From Candidatus Aenigmatarchaeota archaeon (GTDB taxonomy: Archaea > Aenigmatarchaeota > Aenigmatarchaeia > GW2011-AR5 > JAGGXF01): a stretch of 21,343 nucleotides of DNA. The position numbers were made by a program, and so were the translations under genes. The stretch lies in NCBI GenBank assembly GCA_029932645.1, contig JAOZPR010000001.1, positions 1 to 21,343 on the forward strand, read 5' to 3'. Below, one piece after another: positions 8,064-16,466 of this stretch; within the stretch, counting starts at the first letter, position 1, and each line of letters starts with the position of its first letter. Under the pieces are notes generated by a model, which was given only the letters and a program-made list of their open reading frames with translations, was not told the DNA's origin and ran no database searches.

Positions 8064-8462
8064 ATGAAAATCCCGAAAGAAGTCAAAGATTTTTTTAATT
8101 CCGTTAAGATAATGGCCTTCGCGACATCAGACAAGAACGGAAATCCAAATGTTGTAGCGATTGCATACAAAAAGATTGTCGATAATGATACAATATGGAT
8201 TTTTGATACTCACTTTGATAAAACTAAAAAAAACCTGCTCCAAAACGAAAATGTTTCAATCGCCATGTGGGAAGGTAAAACCGGTTACCAGATAAAAGGC
8301 ATTGCAAAATACCATACTGAAGGCAAATTATTTGAAGAGGCTTTAGAATGGGCCAATGCACATGGAAAAACGAAGCCCACCAAAGGCGTCGTTGAAATAA
8401 AGGTTACTGAAATTTATCTCATAACGCCGACATATGAAGAAGCTGGCAAAAGGGTTGCTTAG
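8064..8462 (+). CDS. Pyridoxamine 5'-phosphate oxidase-like FMN-binding split-barrel protein
   Basis: ATSDKNGNPNV, KTKKNLLQNENVSI, GYQIKG and C-terminal GKRV. GGAGG RBS at 8053-8057. Confidence 0.88.
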   Translation: MKIPKEVKDFFNSVKIMAFATSDKNGNPNVVAIAYKKIVDNDTIWIFDTHFDKTKKNLLQNENVSIAMWEGKTGYQIKGIAKYHTEGKLFEEALEWANAHGKTKPTKGVVEIKVTEIYLITPTYEEAGKRVA

Positions 8463-9208
8463 CGCTTGAAATCCTTCACAGCTCTGATAATTGGCCGCAT
8501 CGTCTTCTCTGTGTCACCTGACTCGCATGCTGTGCCCGTGACAATTATGTCTGCACCTGCATCCAGAGCTGTGGTGACCGCGTCAGCTGTCTTCATACCG
8601 CCGCCGACTATCAGCGGAATGTCTATCGCGCTCTTAACTGTTTTTATTATTTCAGGCTGTATGGGCTCTTTGACCCCAGAACCTGCCTCCAAATAAACCA
8701 AAGACATACCAAGATACTGTGCAGCAAGTGCATAAGCAGCAGCAAGTCCTGGCTTGTTTCTTGGTATTGGTTTTGCGTCACCAACAAAAGAAACAGTTCC
8801 TCCTGGTTCTATAACAAGATAGGCCATGGATATGGGCTCAATGCCAGCGCTTTTCACAATCGGAGCACCGAGCACTTGTGCACCAACTATCCAGTATGGA
8901 TTCCGCGAATTCAACAGGGACATGAAAAATATGGCATCTGCCTTCTTGGTTATACCGCTGATGTTACCAGGAAAAAGTATGACTGGCAACGAACAATTCT
9001 TTTTAATAGTCTTTACAGTATCATCTAAAATGCTGGAGACTATATTAGTTGACCCGCCGACCATTATCGCATCTGTGCCAAGCTTTTCCAAAATACTTGC
9101 TTTTGAGGCTATGGCCTCTAGGTTTTGCTTGACCGGATCCGGGTCTATCAGCGAAAAGTGTAGCGGACCTTTCTCAAGCTTTTCATGTATGTAGGACAAA
9201 ACCTTCAT
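8459..9208 (-). CDS. Geranylgeranylglyceryl phosphate synthase (GGGPS, PcrB family, group II-like)
   Basis: LIDPD, IMVGGS, PVILFPG, FMSLLNS, YLEAGSG, VGGG and GADIIVTG. Confidence 0.95.
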   Translation of the reverse strand: MKVLSYIHEKLEKGPLHFSLIDPDPVKQNLEAIASKASILEKLGTDAIMVGGSTNIVSSILDDTVKTIKKNCSLPVILFPGNISGITKKADAIFFMSLLNSRNPYWIVGAQVLGAPIVKSAGIEPISMAYLVIEPGGTVSFVGDAKPIPRNKPGLAAAYALAAQYLGMSLVYLEAGSGVKEPIQPEIIKTVKSAIDIPLIVGGGMKTADAVTTALDAGADIIVTGTACESGDTEKTMRPIIRAVKDFKR

Positions 9209-9251
9209 AAAATCACTAGAGAATAATTAACCAAAATAAGCTTTAAAAGAT

Positions 9252-11336
9252 TTATTCTATGACAAAAGCGCCACTACTAGACGCCATAGCTGCTATGCGC
9301 GTCTCTATGTCTGAAATTTTTTGTTCAAGCTGACTTATTTTATTCTCTATATTAAGCGGCACATCTGGTCTTGCAGCGGGCTTACTAGCTCTTACTGGAC
9401 CCGTTGGTATACTAAGTTGCTTCAGGTCATCCTTGGTGACCAAGTCTGGCAACTTTCTGTCCAACGTCTCGGCAAACTTTTCGAGGTTTTTAGTAACCAG
9501 CGAGACAATCCTGTTGTCCAGGTCTTTCTTTATCCTTTCCTCGACTTTTTCTGATGGCTTTTGGCTGGACAAACGCGCTTTTATCTCATCTATATCATGC
9601 ATGGCAGAGTCCAGTCTCTTAACCTTATTATCTATGCTAGAACCCAGCGTCTCTATTTTATTGACTAGCTCATTTGCTTTGTCGACCCTTGTCTGGACCT
9701 GTTCAGCACCCATAGTCAGCTGATTTAGAGAATCAATCTTGGCATATATAGCATCCTTCAACGCATTCATGTTGTCCACATATGCCATAAGCTTTTCTTC
9801 GTTAACCTTGGATTTATTTTCTATTTCCTCCTGAACAGCAGAAATCCTTTGCAAGCCCTGGTCCAAGGATTTTGATTTCTCTTCTATGGCAGCACGGAAA
9901 GATTCTACAGCAGCAGCCTTCTTGTCAAAATCATTTTTGATTTGATTTACGCGCGATTCTATAGCACTTAGCTGGTCAACCTTGCTCCTAACATGGTCAG
10001 CAAGCTGTTCAGCTGTCTGCAACCTCTTGTCCAGCACACCGAGCCTGCCATTCATCGTGTCGCTTATGGCTGTCATGCTCTTAATATTATTTCTCATTTT
10101 ATCTTCGAAAACCTTTTTTGTAGCTTCCACGTCATTACTTATTTTTTCTATTTCAGTGATTTTTTCGTCTATCTTAGCGAATTTTTCTTTTATACTCTTG
10201 TCAAGCGCAGCAAGTTCTCGAATATCGTTATTAACTTTTTCCTCAATTGTCTGCATCCTTGTAATCGATGCCTCTGCTTTCTGCAAAGTTACGTCGGCTG
10301 TGTCAGCCTTGTCTTTTATCTTGCCAAGTGCCATGATAAGCTGATTTACCATTTCTCTGCTTCGGTTAAGCTCCTCATAATCCTTTTTCATCTCAGCCCG
10401 CGCAGCCCGTATCTTTTCGAGAAACATGTCCATGCCTTTTTTGGTTAACATCTTCCCAGAACTCTCTACGAGCTCCTCTATCTTGTTAATCTTGGATTGC
10501 GCCTCAGCCAACTGCTGCTCCACAGCTTTCTCTGTTTTGTCTATACGCCTGGATTCAATAATAATATCTTTTTTTAATTCTGTTTGAATCTCATCTTTCA
10601 GGCCAGCCATATCTTTTTTCAGGTTCTCGATGTCAGATATGGTAGCCTTGGAAAAATCATACATCTTTTTCAGATTTTCTATATCTGTCGCAAGCTTCTC
10701 CAGTTGCTCAACAATATGCTTGTTATCGCTTTGATAACTTTGCTTGAGAAGGGCAATGTCTTTTTTAAGACCTTCAACAACACCTGCACCAGTCTCAGGC
10801 TGGGAACGTTTAATAGTCACTTGTTTAAGAGCCTCTATCTTTGACTCTATTCCCTTTAATCGCTCTTCGTCAACACCAGCTCTTGGTAGACGTTTTATTT
10901 TTTCCTCTATCTTTTGCAGAATACCTTCTGACACAGCTTCTGGTGTTTGGCCTCTGGCCCCAATGCTGTTTACTTTTTCTTCCAGCGCCTTAACCTTTTT
11001 TTCCAAATCCTTTACTTTTTTTTCCTGTGTTAAGTCAAGCTTTTCTCCTTTTTCTAAAAGATACTCCTTTAGTTTGACCATCTCTGCCTCGAGCAGCATT
11101 TGCAGGTCTTCTATCTCAAGTATCCTCTCCTTTAGCTCATCTACATTAGCAAGAGCTTCGTCGCCCGCGCCTGAAGCAATCTCGACATTCTCTTCATCAG
11201 CACTAGGCGTTGCCTCGACCGTTTGTTCTTCTTCCTCGCCCTCGTCCTTTTCGATATCTTTGTGTTCAGCTGTTGCCCCAGAACTATCTACAGAATCAGC
11301 CACAGCAACATCTTTCACGTCTTTTTCTTCTTCCAT
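9252..11336 (-). CDS. Large coiled-coil protein with an acidic low-complexity N-terminus; function unknown
   Basis: About 694 aa, E/K/L/I-rich heptad pattern throughout. No signal peptide, TM segment or Walker A motif seen. ATG 11336 preferred over TTG 11345. Confidence 0.8.
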   Translation of the reverse strand: MEEEKDVKDVAVADSVDSSGATAEHKDIEKDEGEEEEQTVEATPSADEENVEIASGAGDEALANVDELKERILEIEDLQMLLEAEMVKLKEYLLEKGEKLDLTQEKKVKDLEKKVKALEEKVNSIGARGQTPEAVSEGILQKIEEKIKRLPRAGVDEERLKGIESKIEALKQVTIKRSQPETGAGVVEGLKKDIALLKQSYQSDNKHIVEQLEKLATDIENLKKMYDFSKATISDIENLKKDMAGLKDEIQTELKKDIIIESRRIDKTEKAVEQQLAEAQSKINKIEELVESSGKMLTKKGMDMFLEKIRAARAEMKKDYEELNRSREMVNQLIMALGKIKDKADTADVTLQKAEASITRMQTIEEKVNNDIRELAALDKSIKEKFAKIDEKITEIEKISNDVEATKKVFEDKMRNNIKSMTAISDTMNGRLGVLDKRLQTAEQLADHVRSKVDQLSAIESRVNQIKNDFDKKAAAVESFRAAIEEKSKSLDQGLQRISAVQEEIENKSKVNEEKLMAYVDNMNALKDAIYAKIDSLNQLTMGAEQVQTRVDKANELVNKIETLGSSIDNKVKRLDSAMHDIDEIKARLSSQKPSEKVEERIKKDLDNRIVSLVTKNLEKFAETLDRKLPDLVTKDDLKQLSIPTGPVRASKPAARPDVPLNIENKISQLEQKISDIETRIAAMASSSGAFVIE

Positions 11337-11407
11337 ATGTATCAACTTATATCAACTTTGCCAATGATTCTTTATTTTCTATTTTGTTTCAAATAGCCTC
11401 GTGATAA

Positions 11408-12061
11408 TTATTTTTTGGTTCTCTTGGAATATATAAGTTTTCTTTTCGCTATTTTCGACTTTATGACATGAGATTTATGTGATTGTCTGCTATGCTGCCT
11501 GTAGAGGCCTTTACACCAGTCCTTGTACCAGCAGACCCAACAGACCAAAAGAACTGCTATAAGCCCCCAACTCCAGAGTGTTTTATGAATTGTCTCAAAG
11601 TGTTCTATACCAAATCTTGAGACAAAGAAAAAAACAAACCAGACCCTGAGTATGTTGGCCAAGTATATCAAAGGTATGAAGAACCATGCCTTGAGTTTTT
11701 TTCTCCAGTCTGTTGGTGTTGCCACAACAAGCGCTATAAAAACCAAGATAGACTTCCACCCTGTACAGTCCCAATCGACAGTACCACCGAATAGGCCTGT
11801 TTTTACCGGGACTGTTATCATGAGCTCTTTCAAACTGGCAGCAACACCTGTTCTGTTTAGAAGCGTCGTGACTAGCTCAGCAGTAAGCTGCTGGAGAAAA
11901 TAAATGTTGTTTCTCGTCATAATATAAAGTGGCGCCAAAAAAAGATTGAACACGACAGAAAATTTGAGTATTTTAATTAGCTTTTTATCTATCTTGCTAT
12001 TTACCTTGATGTTTTTTAATATAGACTTTTTTTTATTTTTACTCATTTTATTTTTACTCAT
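11408..12061 (-). CDS. Exosortase/archaeosortase family membrane protein (ArtE-like)
   Basis: Multiple hydrophobic helices with a Cys-Arg-His triad: WDCTGWKS, ANILRV and FETIH. Confidence 0.85.
   Translation of the reverse strand: MSKNKMSKNKKKSILKNIKVNSKIDKKLIKILKFSVVFNLFLAPLYIMTRNNIYFLQQLTAELVTTLLNRTGVAASLKELMITVPVKTGLFGGTVDWDCTGWKSILVFIALVVATPTDWRKKLKAWFFIPLIYLANILRVWFVFFFVSRFGIEHFETIHKTLWSWGLIAVLLVCWVCWYKDWCKGLYRQHSRQSHKSHVIKSKIAKRKLIYSKRTKK
12032..12061 (-). repeat. Perfect 15-nt tandem duplication that includes the start codon (ATGAGTAAAAATAAA x2)
   Basis: Read directly from the sequence. Encodes MSKNK-MSKNK and overlaps the DUF460 stop codon. Confidence 0.9.
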
Positions 12062-13175
12062 CCATACGCCCCTTGTAACTTTTAATCCAGTCCTGAAACC
12101 ATGTCTTTAGGTGTTTTTCCATCAGATTTTTTATGTCCAATCTAGATACAAAAAATGTTCCACCTATCTTTTTTATCTTTTCACGGAATCCCTTAACATT
12201 TTTCACGACTGGTATCGTGACTTTCAAGTGGCCTGAGTCAGGCGATATAATTAATCTTGGAGCTCTCTGCTCTAAATAGTTTCCATTTCCACGCAGCTTT
12301 TCGACAAAAAGTATTTTTCCCTCAATTTTCCCGGCCATCATAAGCTCTGCTTTGCTCAAGTCCTTTAGTACGATAACTGGTTCGTATGCCTGCAAAAGCT
12401 CTTCGCGCTCTCTCTCGTAAGTCTTCTTGTCTTCTTCATATTTTCTTCTCATTGTATTTAATTGCTTCCTCAGCTGAGCCACTTTTTTAGAACCGCCCCT
12501 TTTTATGCCAGTCTTCTTAACAACTGCCCTGAGCTCATCATTCTGCATTTTAAGTTTATTGAGCCTGTCTTCAAGAATTTTGTTAGCTTGCTTTGCCTGT
12601 TTCAGCTCTTTTTCAAGTGCCTGCATACGCCTTGGAACAACCACGATCTGCCGAATCACTCTTTTAGCCTTTGTAGCCAGTGCCATTCTTTTTTCCTCCC
12701 CTGATAGAAACGCAACAGCCTCACTAATCTTGAAACCATTCTTGAAAACCAAGGTAAGAACATCTTCCTTCAGGTTGTTCAGAGCCTTCTCGTTTAATAT
12801 TTTATCTATCCTTCTCACCTTCTGTCGTATTTGATTAAAAGAAGAAAGTGCAGCAGCCAGTGCATCCTTTTCATGCACGTTCTCTAGATGGCCTTCATAT
12901 CCCATAGCCAATGCCTTCTTCTCGGCAGTGGTCATGTCCTTCCTTGGGCTGATTATCTTGGAGCCAAAGGCGCTTGCTATATGCCTGACAAGACTTGGAA
13001 CCTTTTTTTTATCCGTTGTAATTACGATAGGGTCACCAAGTCTGGCTATCTCATATATAATATCATCCCTGGAAAACTCCTTCCTACTGACAGCGCCTAC
13101 AAAATGAGAATCAAAATCAATTGCAGAAATAGCAGTTGTGGCTCCCGGGTCTATTCCAATAATAAGCTTTTTCAA
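12054..13175 (-). CDS. DUF460 domain protein (RNase H-fold N-terminus plus coiled coil)
   Basis: IIGIDPGATTAISAID, GDPIVITTD and NVHEKDALAAA. TTG start following GGTG. Confidence 0.85.
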   Translation of the reverse strand: MKKLIIGIDPGATTAISAIDFDSHFVGAVSRKEFSRDDIIYEIARLGDPIVITTDKKKVPSLVRHIASAFGSKIISPRKDMTTAEKKALAMGYEGHLENVHEKDALAAALSSFNQIRQKVRRIDKILNEKALNNLKEDVLTLVFKNGFKISEAVAFLSGEEKRMALATKAKRVIRQIVVVPRRMQALEKELKQAKQANKILEDRLNKLKMQNDELRAVVKKTGIKRGGSKKVAQLRKQLNTMRRKYEEDKKTYEREREELLQAYEPVIVLKDLSKAELMMAGKIEGKILFVEKLRGNGNYLEQRAPRLIISPDSGHLKVTIPVVKNVKGFREKIKKIGGTFFVSRLDIKNLMEKHLKTWFQDWIKSYKGRMDE

Positions 13176-13242
13176 TGAAACACCAATTCTAATAGTGAAT
13201 GTGAAAAATTTAAAGAATTATGTTACGAGCCAACCACACCTT

Positions 13243-13632
13243 TTATTTCACACTCTTTATCATAATATAATCGCCGAACTTCCAGATTACGACCTCGCCG
13301 CCTTCCGCGACTTTGCCTTTGAGGTCCTCTGGTATCGGTGTCTCAAACATTGAATAATCTTCCAAATCCATTAATTGAGCATTATCGCCTGAAATAGAAA
13401 TAACCTGAGCTGTTTTTTTCACAACAATAGGTATTCTCACCTTATGCCCAGCCGGTTTCACAATAACGCGCTTTTGATGATCAAATATGCCAACAGCCTC
13501 CAGCCGCGCCTTTGCCTCGCCGTGTTTTCCTGGTTTAGATGTCTTGAGACTGGTAACCTTACACGGTGCGTCATCTATAAGAATAAATTTGCCTTCGCGG
13601 CATTTCTTAACTTCTTCAACAGTGGTTTCCAT
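13243..13632 (-). CDS. eif5a: Translation factor aIF5A
   Basis: Hypusine-site motif SKPGKHGEAK, AQVISI and QLMDLEDY. ATG 13632 follows a GGGAGG RBS. Confidence 0.96.
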   Translation of the reverse strand: METTVEEVKKCREGKFILIDDAPCKVTSLKTSKPGKHGEAKARLEAVGIFDHQKRVIVKPAGHKVRIPIVVKKTAQVISISGDNAQLMDLEDYSMFETPIPEDLKGKVAEGGEVVIWKFGDYIMIKSVK

Positions 13633-13731
13633 CTTATAACCTCCCATAGGAATGATGCGGAACACGAAATATTATTGATTATTTGTTAACTGGATTTAAA
13701 TTGTTATTTTCTGTTATTTCTTACGCAGTGA

Positions 13732-13941
13732 CTAGCCCATCCTGTGTGTGATGACAAACTCTATGTCTTTTTTCTGTACGGTTCGCCTGCCTGCGTGCTG
13801 ACTCACAACAACCGCTTTTCTGGCTATGTCTGCGCCAATCTCCTCCACAGTATCACGAAGCTCTTCAACAGCATCAGCAGATATGCGCTTGGCACCAGCC
13901 TTCTTGGCCAGAACGCCAAACGGAAAAAGAGGAAGCACCAT
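13732..13941 (-). CDS. Archaeal histone (HMf family)
   Basis: LP..P, KAGAKRISADA and HAGRRTVQKKDI. A GGTGAG RBS precedes the ATG at 13944/13941. Confidence 0.92.
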   Translation of the reverse strand: MVLPLFPFGVLAKKAGAKRISADAVEELRDTVEEIGADIARKAVVVSQHAGRRTVQKKDIEFVITHRMG

Positions 13942-14090
13942 CATCTCACCAACCACATACACTAATACTACGACAAATATACACCACAAAACTAACTATG
14001 AAACTATATACATAAATTAGCAAAAAGACTTTAAAATACTTGGGGTGTGGCCGATATGGACTGAATAAAGCAGATGAACTGTCCTGCCCG

Positions 14091-14114
14091 AATGATTATA
14101 CATCAATGATTATA
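14091..14114. repeat. 10-nt direct repeat AATGATTATA x2 in the histone/tfb divergent intergenic region
   Basis: Copies at 14091-14100 and 14105-14114. Confidence 0.7.
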
Positions 14115-14255
14115 TCAAATTTGACATAAAACAGCCGAAAACTGCTCAGAATTTGCAAAAGCCAAACATTTCTGAGCCTCGGGAATAGAAAACTTTAAAT
14201 AGTTTTTGGTTCAAGTTTTATAAAGTTTATCTTTTTTCATGTTATGATTAATTAG

Positions 14256-14298
14256 TGACAATGGTTAACTGATAGCAATGGTTAACTGCTGACAATGG
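14256..14298 (+). repeat. 17-nt period tandem repeat in the tfb leader
   Basis: TGACAATGGTTAACTGA / TAGCAATGGTTAACTGC / TGACAATGG; CAATGG starts at 14259, 14276 and 14293. Confidence 0.85.
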
Positions 14299-14307
14299 GG
14301 TGTATAC

Positions 14308-15264
14308 ATGGTTAAGAAAAAGGCATTTAGATGTCCTGATTGTGGTTCCACAGAGTTCTATAAAGACCCTGAAAAGGCCGAATTAATATGCGCTAAATGT
14401 GGCAGGGTGCTCGAGGATTCTATGATTGATATTTCTCAAGACTGGCGTGCGTTTACAGACGACCAGAAGGAAAAGCGGGCAAGAACAGGCGCACCACTGA
14501 CCTATAGAAGGCATGACAAAGGCCTGACAACCGAAATAGGCAAAGGTGTAACAGAACTCTTTAAGGTGCCTGCAAAAAAGCGTTCACAGTTCTTCAGGAT
14601 CAGGAAATGGCAGAAGCGCCTGCTCACGTCAAAAGACAGAAACCTGTCGTTCGCACTGGGCGAGCTGCAGAGGCTTGTATCATACTTGGGTCTGCCATCC
14701 ACGCTTCACGAAGAGGTTGCAAAACTATATGAGAAGGCCCTGGAAAAGGGGCTGGTACGCGGCCGTTCGATTGAATCTATAATTGCTGCTCTTGTCTACT
14801 CATTGTGTAGAGAATATGGAACACCCAGGACGCTTACGGAAATATCCCAGGCATCTGGCATAGAGAAGCGTGAACTTGGACGCACGTACAGATACATCTC
14901 AAGAAAACTGAACATGAGAATTCTTCCTGCTAAAGCAGCTTCATACATCCCAAGATTTGCGTCCATGCTCAACCTGAGTGATAAGGTTCAGGTTAGAGCC
15001 ATAGACATCTTGAAGAAAGCCAGAAAAAAGGATGTTGTGTCTGGCAAAGGACCGTGTGGTTGTGCAGCAGCAGCAATATACATAGCATCTGTTCTCCAAG
15101 GAGAGCGCAGGACACAAAGAGAGGTTGCTGATGTTGTCGGCGTAACAGAGGTTACGATAAGAAATCGCTACAAGGAGATAGCAGAGGCCTTGAACATAGA
15201 AGAGGAAGTTGAGAAAAAGGCCAAGGAAGAAGAAGGCGGCAAAAAGCGAAGAAAGAAGAAATAG
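14308..15264 (+). CDS. tfb: Transcription initiation factor IIB (TFB)
   Basis: Zn ribbon CPDC...CAKC, B-reader DWRAF...RTGAP, HDKGL, two cyclin repeats, GRSIE, and TQREVA..VTEVTIRNRYKE. Confidence 0.98.
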   Translation: MVKKKAFRCPDCGSTEFYKDPEKAELICAKCGRVLEDSMIDISQDWRAFTDDQKEKRARTGAPLTYRRHDKGLTTEIGKGVTELFKVPAKKRSQFFRIRKWQKRLLTSKDRNLSFALGELQRLVSYLGLPSTLHEEVAKLYEKALEKGLVRGRSIESIIAALVYSLCREYGTPRTLTEISQASGIEKRELGRTYRYISRKLNMRILPAKAASYIPRFASMLNLSDKVQVRAIDILKKARKKDVVSGKGPCGCAAAAIYIASVLQGERRTQREVADVVGVTEVTIRNRYKEIAEALNIEEEVEKKAKEEEGGKKRRKKK

Positions 15265-15332
15265 TCTCAAAGCTCGCTCTATTTTCAGCTTCTCTGATTT
15301 TCATTGTTTATTGTTTCACACTATTGCTCATT

Positions 15333-15386
15333 AAATGTGTAATATATTATACACTTTCCTATCAAAAATGTATAACACATTATACA
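15333..15386. repeat. Two copies of a 21-bp palindromic element AAATGTRTAA-YAYA-TTATACA, 33 bp apart
   Basis: 15333-15353 and 15366-15386 match at 18 of 21 positions. The second copy has perfect 7-bp arms TGTATAA/TTATACA. Confidence 0.8.
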
Positions 15387-15403
15387 ATTGTAAAAGACCT
15401 GCG

Positions 15404-16465
15404 TCATTTCATAACAGCCAGCACGTTCTTCAGACCAGCATCTGTCTTCACAGCTGTCGGACAAAACACGGTCCGGCTGGCCTTGTGCCTTTTCGAAAGC
15501 GAGCCAAGAATCTTGTCCAAACCAACCAGAGGCTTTTTGTATTTCTTCGACAGGAAATGCGTATCATAATAAAACGGCTCTGCAAGCTCATCCCCTGCGA
15601 GCTTTACGATTTTCTGTCCTGACAACCGCCTTTTTGTCAGCTCTTTCAAAACAAGCCTGCAGAATTTTTTGTCCTGCAGCGGGCCAAGATAGACCGGCCC
15701 TGTGGTTTTTCTGTTTTTGTAATCTGTGCATTTCGAGACAGCATAGCTGTCATCAAAAGCCTCTATCAATTTTATCTGTTCCAAAAGCGAGTCGCACTTT
15801 TTGACGCTTCTCACAACAGCCCCAAATATCCTGATATAATGTCTCACCTGAAAACAGAGCAAAGGCTGGAATGCCTTGTCCTGCTGCATAAGCAGCCTCA
15901 TCACAGCAGTGACAAGAATACGCGTGCCGAGCTCTTTTGAATATGAACAACTGACAGAGCGCACGCCATATCTGCGCTCTGCCACCTGAGGGTAAACACC
16001 ATTGAGCGCTGCTGTGTCTGTCGCTGTTACTGCCAAATAACCTGCTCTGCCGAGTGACCGGCCTGCGGCCTGAACAAAAAAAATAGGCGACCCATATGGA
16101 TCTATGTCAACAAAATCAAAACCGTTTTCGTTTAGAAAAGCATTTGCATCTTCAGCAACCAGATTTATCTTGACCTTATTAAGCCTTGCATTCCTTGCTG
16201 CACGCTTTATGGCATTCTCATTAACATCACATGCCCATACATCGCCACCGACTTCCTTCTTATATCGTATCGCACGAACACCTGTGGCAGTCAGTGCATC
16301 ACACACTTTTCGTACCTTTCCGGGAAACGCTGCCAGACATGCAACAGATATATCCCTGTTTTCAGCCATGGCCGGGTTATAAAACCCCTCTGCCCTGCCC
16401 TGTTCAGGCTTGTCCACATCAGGCACATGCAACCGGACAGAACCCTCTTTAACTAACCTAGACAT
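15404..16465 (-). CDS. trm1: tRNA (guanine-26-N2)-dimethyltransferase Trm1
   Basis: VKEG, FYNPAMAENRDISV, DALTATGVRAIRY, DFVDIDPYGSP, VTATD, ELGTRIL and KASRTVFCPTAVKTDA. Start probably ATG 16465, just after the upstream stop codon. Confidence 0.94.
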   Translation of the reverse strand: MSRLVKEGSVRLHVPDVDKPEQGRAEGFYNPAMAENRDISVACLAAFPGKVRKVCDALTATGVRAIRYKKEVGGDVWACDVNENAIKRAARNARLNKVKINLVAEDANAFLNENGFDFVDIDPYGSPIFFVQAAGRSLGRAGYLAVTATDTAALNGVYPQVAERRYGVRSVSCSYSKELGTRILVTAVMRLLMQQDKAFQPLLCFQVRHYIRIFGAVVRSVKKCDSLLEQIKLIEAFDDSYAVSKCTDYKNRKTTGPVYLGPLQDKKFCRLVLKELTKRRLSGQKIVKLAGDELAEPFYYDTHFLSKKYKKPLVGLDKILGSLSKRHKASRTVFCPTAVKTDAGLKNVLAVMK

Positions 16466-16466
16466 T

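Noticed and set aside
9252..11336. SMC/Rad50 ATPase or chemoreceptor assignment for the coiled-coil protein
   Set aside because: No Walker A/B, signature, hinge or zinc-hook motif, and no MCP hairpin-tip motif.
10744..11367. 207-aa plus-strand ORF and the many other antisense ORFs rich in S/F/L
   Set aside because: They are shadow frames of E/K-rich genes on the opposite strand and show no recognisable motifs.
13633..13989. Longer upstream starts for aIF5A (13665) and histone (13989) given by the ORF track
   Set aside because: RBS positions and family lengths favour ATG 13632 and ATG 13941/13944.
14050..14180. C/D box sRNA in the histone-tfb spacer
   Set aside because: Only degenerate C boxes (AATGATT) with no properly spaced C'/D' pair; cannot be supported.
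15333..15386. Canonical dif site or mini-CRISPR
   Set aside because: The spacer between TATAA and TTATA is 4 bp rather than 6. There are only two 21-bp copies with a 12-bp gap, and no cas genes in the window.
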